From NCBI RefSeq assembly GCF_009914755.1, contig NC_060932.1: a stretch of 64,000 nucleotides of DNA; one strand, 5' to 3'. The stretch comes from the human T2T-CHM13v2.0 reference genome, Homo sapiens. The notes beneath the pieces are model-generated. The model was given only the letters and a program-made list of their open reading frames with translations, did not search any database and had not been told where the DNA came from. Below are positions 56,510 to 64,000 of this stretch, one piece after another. The translations under genes were made by a program, and so were the position numbers. The first letter of the stretch is position 1; every line of letters begins with the position of its first letter.

Positions 56510-57069
56510 TTAAAAACATAGTGGTTAAATAAACATAACATAAAATTTGTAATTAACCGTTCTTGATGTGTACAATTCTGTGGTATTTAAGTACATTCAA
56601 AATATTGTGCAGCCATCACTTCTATTGGATTTGGATAAAAATCCAGAATATTTTCATCATCTCGGAAAGAAATCCTGTACCTATGAAGCAGTCACTCCTT
56701 TTTTCTGTCTCTCCTTAACCTGTGGCAACCACTAATCTACTTTCTGTCCCTAATGGATTTGCTTATGCAATTCCACTCCTAAAAGAATTGAATACAGGTA
56801 TTCAAATAGAAAGTCATAGTGTTCATAGAGGCACTAATCACACCTGCCAAAAAGTGGAAACAACCTAAATGTTTATCAACCCATCAACAAATGAACTAAA
56901 TTTGGTATATTCATACAATGGAATAGTATCCGATTATAGTAATGAAATGCTGATACACACCATTACATGGATGAACCTTGAAAACATTATGCTAAGTGAA
57001 ATGAGCCAGATACACAGAGAACAAATATTATATGATTCCACTCATAAGCAAATCCATTAGGGACAGAAA
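56510..57069. mobile_element. Rearranged L1MB: 3' end on - (56510-56767), upstream part flipped to + (56768-57069)
   Basis: Minus: GTACATTC...TTGTGCAGCCATCAC...GGCAACCACTAATCTACTTTCTGTC. Plus: TGGATGAACCTTGAAAACATTATGCTAAGTGAAA. The two parts overlap by an exact 27-bp inverted repeat. Confidence 0.85.
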
Positions 57070-57491
57070 AGATGTTGGATAGCAGGTATGAATATAATAT
57101 CAGCCTCCCCGTACATCTCAATCAGAGCTTTTGGATGACCACATGCTTGTCAATGAGTAGTAATATTTTGAAAGTACTTTTTTTTCTGAGCATTAGGTCT
57201 AAACAGTGGGCTAAAAATATCCAGTAAACTATGCTGTAAACAGATGTACCATCATCCAGGCTTTGTTGATCCATTTAGAGAGCACAGGCAGAGTAGTTTA
57301 GCATCACTCTGAAAGACCCTAGGGTTTTCAGAATGGTAAATGAGCACAGGCTTCAACTTAAAAGTCATCAACTACATCAGCCCTTCAGAAGAGAGTCAGC
57401 CTATCTTTTGAAGCTTTGAAGGCAGGCATTGACTTTTCTCTAGTTATGAGAGTCTTAGATGGCATCTTCTTCCAATATAAAGTTGTTCTGT
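57070..57491 (-). repeat. Inverted duplicate of Tigger1 segment 45878-46296
   Basis: Manual alignment: about 14 substitutions and 4 indels over about 420 bp; no transposon termini. Confidence 0.95.
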
Positions 57492-57700
<209 letters not shown>

Positions 57701-58430
57701 CCCCACAATTTGATACCACCTTTACTTCTGCCAGAATGGCCATAATGAAAAAGTGAAAAAACAGTAGATGTTGGTGTGGATGCAGGATCAGGGAACACTT
57801 CTACACTGCTGGTGGGAATGTAAGCTAGTAGAGCCACTGTGGCGAACAGTGTGGAGATTCCTTAAATAACTAAAAGTAGAACTACCATTTGATCGAGCAA
57901 TCCCACTACTATTGGGTATCTATCCAGGGGAAAAGAAGTCATTATACATAAAAGATACTTGCCCACGCATGTTTATAGCAGCACAATTCGCAATTGCAAA
58001 ATCATGGAATCCACCCAAATGCCCATCAATCAATGAATGGATAAAGAAACTGTAGTATATATATACATATATGATGCACTACTACTCAGCCACAAAAATC
58101 AATGAATTAATGGCATTTGCAGCGACCTGGCTGAGATTGGAGACTATTATTCTAAGTGAAGTAACTCAGGAATGGAAAACCAAACATCGTATGTTCTCAC
58201 TGATAGGTGGGAGCTAAGCTATAAGGATACAAAGGCATAAGAATGATATAGTGGACTTTGGGGACTTGGGGAGAAGCATGGAAAGGGGGTGAAGGATAAA
58301 AGACTACAAATATGGTGCAGTGTATACTGCTGGGTGCACCAAAATCTCACAAATCACCACTAAAGGGCTTACTCATATAACCAAATACCACCTGTACCCC
58401 AATAACTTATGGAAAAATTTTTAAAAAAGA
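57701..58430 (+). mobile_element. L1PB1-like 3' end
   Basis: GAGCTAAGCTAT...AAAGGCATAAGAATGAT...CACCTGTACCCCAATAACTTATGG. Confidence 0.85.
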
Positions 58431-60243
58431 AATGACTTTTAGAATCTCATCCAGTTTAGATCAGGGAAGTAAATAGATAAGAATGATTGCTTTGGAAGTG
58501 GAATCAAGAGAGAAAAAGGGAAGAGAAAATGAGGAGAAAAATCAATAGCACTTGTTTAAAGTGTCCCTTTTTTGTGTGTCTGTATTCACTAACACACATA
58601 GGAAGTAATATATTAAGTAGAACTGTAGTAATATGTGTCTTCCAGATTCTTCTGGTGCCATTAGAAGTTGCAAACAACTGGTGCTGTGCCTTTTTATGAG
58701 GCATTAAAATACCAAGCCACTGTAACCCTAGACATAGTCAAATATAAAAGGCACACATGATACTAACATTGCAGAGCTCCTGAATTTTGTTCTAGCATGC
58801 TCTTTTTTATTGACCAAAATTTTTTCTAATTATTATAGTTGGAAAAATGATTTTTAAATTTTAAATCTGCTATTTAGCTGAATTGTAATTTATGTAAGTA
58901 TAAATCTTTGGAAGAAGCATAAAGTCAGTACTTCTCTCTGAAATCACTATTATGTATCAAAAGTACTACATAAAAGGTATAATCATAAGAATTTTTCTAC
59001 CCAATTCAGTGCACCAAAGCAAGCAAAAATATTTATAAATTTAGAACTAAAATTATATTTCCTTAACTCAGATGAAGTAGAACAGTAAACACATCTAAGA
59101 CAAAAAGATAATTTCTTCTTTTGCATTATCTTTTTTTCTCACTCCTTCTCTCTCATGCACAAACACACACACACAATACATAGACAAACATACTTCCTAT
59201 TTAAAGATACATTTGCTGATTGTGATGTGTATTCTTTTTCACTACATCCCATATGTAGTTTTTATAAGGCAGCATTCCATCAGGAGATGCTTCATAGGAA
59301 GAAACAAAGAATGCTAGAATCACATAAGTTTGACAAGCACTATTTGCCATATCACATTCTTGGAAATTCACAGTGCATGTTAGTGTAGTGAAGCCTTCCA
59401 GAGATCCTGAAGAAAAAAAAATTGTTTAAATTGGAATATCCCAAATTTAGTTGACCACAGGCCATTTTTATACCTAATACCTAACACAACACCATAGCAG
59501 TCAGGACATGCTTAGTCATGTCATAATAACAAGAAGCCCCAAAACATCAGTGACTTGCATTGTAAAGTTTGTTTCTCACTTAATACTACATATCTAATGT
59601 GGTTCTGAGGAAAGTTTTGCTTACTGTATCCACTCAGATAATCAGGTGAGTTGTTTTTTCCTTTCACAATCACTACAACAATGAGAAAGAAATTCAGGAA
59701 ATCATGCACTACTTTTAAAACTTCCCCCAAGTGACATTACTCTTTTTTTTTTTTTTTTTTTTGTCAATCCCATTGGCCAAGGTGAATAATATTATTGCCA
59801 TGCTCAACTTCAGTGTCAGAAGGGAAGGCTAATTCTACCATGTGTTCTGAAGAGAGGGAGTCAAATATTTTTGGTGAACAGCAGGACTACCACAAATAAC
59901 ACTTTAGAAAATGCTGGGCTGAAGAAACAGCTTTGGCACCTGTTATTCAATCACTCAGTGAACATACAAAATAAATACTCCTGGCAAGATAATAATCCTG
60001 GGCTTTGCCCAGTCGTCAGCATTGCCAACTTGGCTTCTTGGCTTTACCAGCTGCATAATGTGGTCTGTTCCAAGGGAGTTGCCCCATCTGTGACTCAAAT
60101 ACTGCCCTTTGCTGATGTTGCTTCCTGGCAAATAATGGCCATTATACTAACATAAAGCAGTTGTTCACCCATCTCCCTTGATACCAGCATTCCAACATAC
60201 CTTATCGCCTCTAAACCTATTTTAGTTCTTATCTCATAGTCTC

Positions 60244-60626
60244 TGTCTTAGTGTATTCAACCTGCTATAGCAAAATATCATAAACTGGGTGACTTATAAA
60301 CAACGGGAATTTATTTCTCACAGTTCTGGAGGCTGGGAAATCCAAGATCAGGGCACCAGCAGACTTGGCATTTTTGACATTCAGTATAGACCTGGCCCAT
60401 TTCCTGGTTCATAGATGTCACCTTCCCACTGTGTCCTCACATGGTGAAAGGGGCATGGCAGCTCTCTGGGACCTCTTTTATAAGGGCACTAATCCCATTT
60501 ATGAGGGCTCTGCCCTCATGATCTAATAATTACTTCCCAAAGACCCCATTTATTAATACCATCACCTTGTGGGTTAGCATTTCAACATATGAATTTTGGG
60601 GTACCACGAACATTCAGATCATAGCA
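60244..60626 (-). mobile_element. MLT1A0-like MaLR solo LTR
   Basis: TGTCTTAGT...TTTATTTCTCACAGTTCTGGAGGCTGGGAA...CATTCAGATCATAGCA. Confidence 0.85.
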
Positions 60627-62317
60627 ATCTCCAAAGTTATTTTCAGAAAGGAGCTATTAATATATTACTTATCAGAGACCAATATATTGTAGTGGCCTCC
60701 ATCCATGACAAATTAGACATGTACAAAATAATATTAAATAATAAAAGGGACTGCTTCCTTATCTCTAAAATTTTTAGATCTAGGAAAAGACGTTTTCAAA
60801 GCAGAGCTTGCTCCAAGAGAGGAAAGGACGCCATGTAGGTGGGGTTTGATTTTGCTTCCCTGGCTTCAACTCCCCTGCTTCTGGATTAATCTCCCTTGCG
60901 CACTTGGATTTCTTATATTACTTTGCCTATAATAAAGGTTCTTTGGATAAAAAAATATATTTTACCTATTGACTAAATGTTCCTTAAGGTCCTTTTCAAT
61001 CTTGACATTTTAACATACTCTGATCACCAATAAGAAGAGATATTTGACATTCAGTATAGACAAGACAAATTGTCAGTTCAGCTGATGTGAGTTGCTTTCC
61101 CCAGGTTAACCATGGTTAGCCCAGTTTTAGTATGCCTTTCTGATGACAAAGAGGATAACATGCTCCCAAGAATATGAAACTGTGCTGATTTCTTTACTTT
61201 TGTGTCTGCTCTGTGACACTAGTTATTCTCCAAAAATTTGAGGAGCTTAGCTTATACCCCTAAAGAGACATAAACCACTGGAGTCAAACTAAAGACACAC
61301 AGCTGGTGCAGAATGTGTACAAGGTCCAGACGCGCCATGTGCAGAGGTGACCCCTGAACTCTAGTGCAGTCTTTTCAGCTCCACCTAAGTCTGACTTAGG
61401 TGATGACACAAAGAATCTGAAGGATCCTGGGATCAACCCCTTACTGAGGACTGGAGGCTTAAATCCACTTAGTTTGAACAATGAAGCTTGGTATTTGGAT
61501 GTTCTTCACTTCCCATTCCTCCTAATAGTTCTTTTAAATGAGGCCACCAAAGTTTACTATAAAGATCATGAAAGGGTTTTATCCAAGTGATAATTCTGAT
61601 ATGTTGAGAATACTACTGGAGATTGGATAAGGAAAGGATTCTGAGGTCAAGCACAGACCCAGCAGAAAATAATATGATTATTCATTAGTGATGTCAGCAT
61701 GGCAGTGTTCATGCCACATATTTGTCATCCTGAGGTCCTTCTGATCCCATCACAAACTTTTGTCATCAAAATAATGACCTTCAAAGCAGTCCCTTTGTGT
61801 TTCCTATAACTGGAAGAGAAATGAATGATGTTCAAAGCATTAACACTCAAAATCCAGAGCAATAATAATGGATGTTCAACAAGGTGTCACAAATTGAATC
61901 TCATACTACTGTTTTGTGTTATTTTACCTTTGAATGGAGAATACATACTCTGTGTTTTTCACCTTTACTAAAAATATATAACTGGTATCATTTCTGTTGA
62001 TTTCATGAGAATTCACATTTATTCCTTCAAAGTTAAACAGGAATGCATTGATGTTCTCTTCCCATTATTTTCTTTAATAAGTTTTTATTTTTAGGAATAA
62101 AAATTTACAGGATAAAATGTAAGACCATGGTAATATAGTTAGAGATAAATATTATTACTCAATAAATATTGATTATTTAGAGGCCTTCCATCTGCACAAT
62201 TTACAAGCCCAAAGAGTAATCCCAATCAGAAAGCTGAGATTAAACCAGTTTGCTTCTGTTAGGTTAATCAGTCAATCTACTCTAAAAATGAAACTTCCAG
62301 ATATGAGGATTTATATT

Positions 62318-62630
62318 TCTTTTCTTTTTTTGTGGGGGTGGGGGGGATGGAGTCTTGCTCTGTCACCCAGGCTGGAGTGCAGTGGCATGATCTTAACTCA
62401 TTGAAACCTCCATCTGCAAGGTTCAAGCGATTCTCCTGCCTCAGCCTCCAAGTAGCTGGGACTACAGGCGCAAGTCACCATGCCCAGCTAATTTTTGTAT
62501 TTTTTTTTTTAGTAAAGTCAGGTTTCACTATGTTGGCCAGGCTGGTCTCAAACTCCTGACCTCAGGTGATCTGCCTGCCTCAGCCTCCCATAGTGTTGGG
62601 ATTATAGGCATGAGGTACTGTGCCCAGCCA
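62318..62630 (-). mobile_element. AluS SINE
   Basis: Full antisense Alu; degenerate TSD GATTTATATTTCT / GATTTATTTCT. Confidence 0.92.
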
Positions 62631-62899
62631 AGAAGATTTATTTCTGATCATTAATATTATTCACACCTACATAAGCAGAATCTGAGTTTCTTTCTGTTCA
62701 TTTTAACACAAAGATGCTCTCCAGTATGTGACAGCAGCCAAATCCAGCTATCATATTTATTCAGAATGAGCAAGAACTGAGACATATCTCTTCATAAGAG
62801 ATAATTTTTGGTTGGGATTTACACTCATTGTCTGTATGAAACCCACTAGGAATCTCACAGAAGATTCAGATGGCAAAAAATTCTAAGCAAAATGCTGGA

Positions 62900-63360
62900 T
62901 GCCGCTCCATCCCAATTTTGAAACTCAGCTCTATTTATCAAGACCAAAAAAGTGAAATAGGGTGCTGAACATAAGTTAGTTGTTCACTAAATTGTATCTC
63001 ATTTCTTTCTGGGCGCAAGATTATACAACATATTCAAGCATTCCTTGCACTTAAATACAGCTATATGAGAGCAAATTGCATTCAATAGATTGTGGGCAGA
63101 GTGGCACATGCCACTCCCAGGCCTGGCCTCCTACACACAACCATCTGTTCTCCTTTCCCATTCTTGGTCTAAATGGAGGGAACTCCAAGAACCTAAAGAA
63201 GGGAAGAGATAAAATGCAGAAGGATCTAGGTCCCTTAGTTGCACATGGATGATAAGTGAGCAAAAATGAGTAGACTGTTTCCTAAGTACTAAATAAACTG
63301 TTAATGTGTTAAGCCTACCTCTGAGATTTTAGAGTTCTTTGTTGGATCAGTTATTCTGTC
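62900..63360 (+). mobile_element. Old MLT1 LTR remnant
   Basis: TGTGGGCAGAGTGGCACATGCCACTCCCAGGCC...AAATAAACT...GTTAAGCC...CTGAGATTTT. Confidence 0.5.
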
Positions 63361-63479
63361 TTGATTAATCCAGCTAGTAAAACACAAGGAATCAATGATG
63401 ATCTGGATCATATTGCCTCCATTAAGATTCCTGGATAATAAGCCAATACATAATAATTATTAACACATCATAAATATCA

Positions 63480-63710
63480 ATGTGAATACCTATTTGTGGC
63501 ACCATAAGGACAGCTTACATTTTCTGAGCACTCTTCATATGCCAAAAACGTGTAATTTTGCTATCCCTATTTACCGATCATAAATGAAAAGCCAAATGAT
63601 TAAATAACTGGATCAAGATCTGTCAGTAAGTGGACCTTTAACTCAATTCCAACCTTTTTTTATTTTAATTCCTGAATCGTTAAGCACCAAGCCACATTGA
63701 CTCTCAGTTC
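63480..63710 (-). mobile_element. MIR SINE remnant
   Basis: TTCTGAGCACT...TATCCCTATTTACCGAT...TTAAATAACTGG...AAGATC. Confidence 0.5.
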
Positions 63711-64000
63711 TCACATTCATCCTGACTCACTTTTCTGACAATCATACAAACAAATTGACCTGTCTGCTTTACCACATCAGAATATGCCTACCGATTGATA
63801 TGATTCATTGTACTTGATATTCTTAAATTCTAAACCTGTTGAAAATTATAGCTTTGAAGTTTAAATCTATAATCACCAAAGATATTGCTTGCAAGTAGCA
63901 TAACCCACTTAAGCTAGTTTAAGTAGAAAAAGAGTATATCACAGCATATTAGGAAACTCAGAGGCTTCAGTAGGCTTATCAGATTATATCCAAGAACAAT

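Noticed and set aside
56510-57069. Twin-priming inversion at the time of L1MB insertion
   Set aside because: The geometry fits, but the 27-bp overlap is identical despite the age of L1MB and the outer end joins a templated Tigger1 copy rather than a TSD, so a later rearrangement is more likely.

Overview
Primate (human or great ape) AT-rich, repeat-dense DNA with no intact cellular protein-coding gene that I can recognise. Main content: the 3' end of an L1PA2-like element with a probable short 3' transduction; a full-length, TSD-flanked, inactivated L1PA3 (short-5'UTR type) nested in an old L1M; two processed pseudogenes (PRR13 on -, MRPS16 on +); ERV/MaLR LTRs (LTR12, MER51, MER41, MER50, MER52, THE1, MST, MLT1); Tigger and hAT DNA transposons; many Alu, MIR and L2 copies. 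Three structures stand out. (1) A three-junction template-switch rearrangement at 56.7-57.5 kb pasted an inverted ~420-bp copy of the Tigger1 at 45.9-46.3 kb; the two copies share a substitution-free ~180-bp core, suggesting gene conversion and an inversion-prone ~11-kb segment. (2) A chain of strong minus-strand splice sites at 14.5-15.2 kb lies just downstream of the L1 antisense promoter. (3) The PRR13 retrocopy landed in a polypyrimidine tract and created a candidate antisense 78-nt exon. Repeat subfamily names come from my recall of consensus sequences, boundaries of old repeats are approximate, and counts were made by hand.
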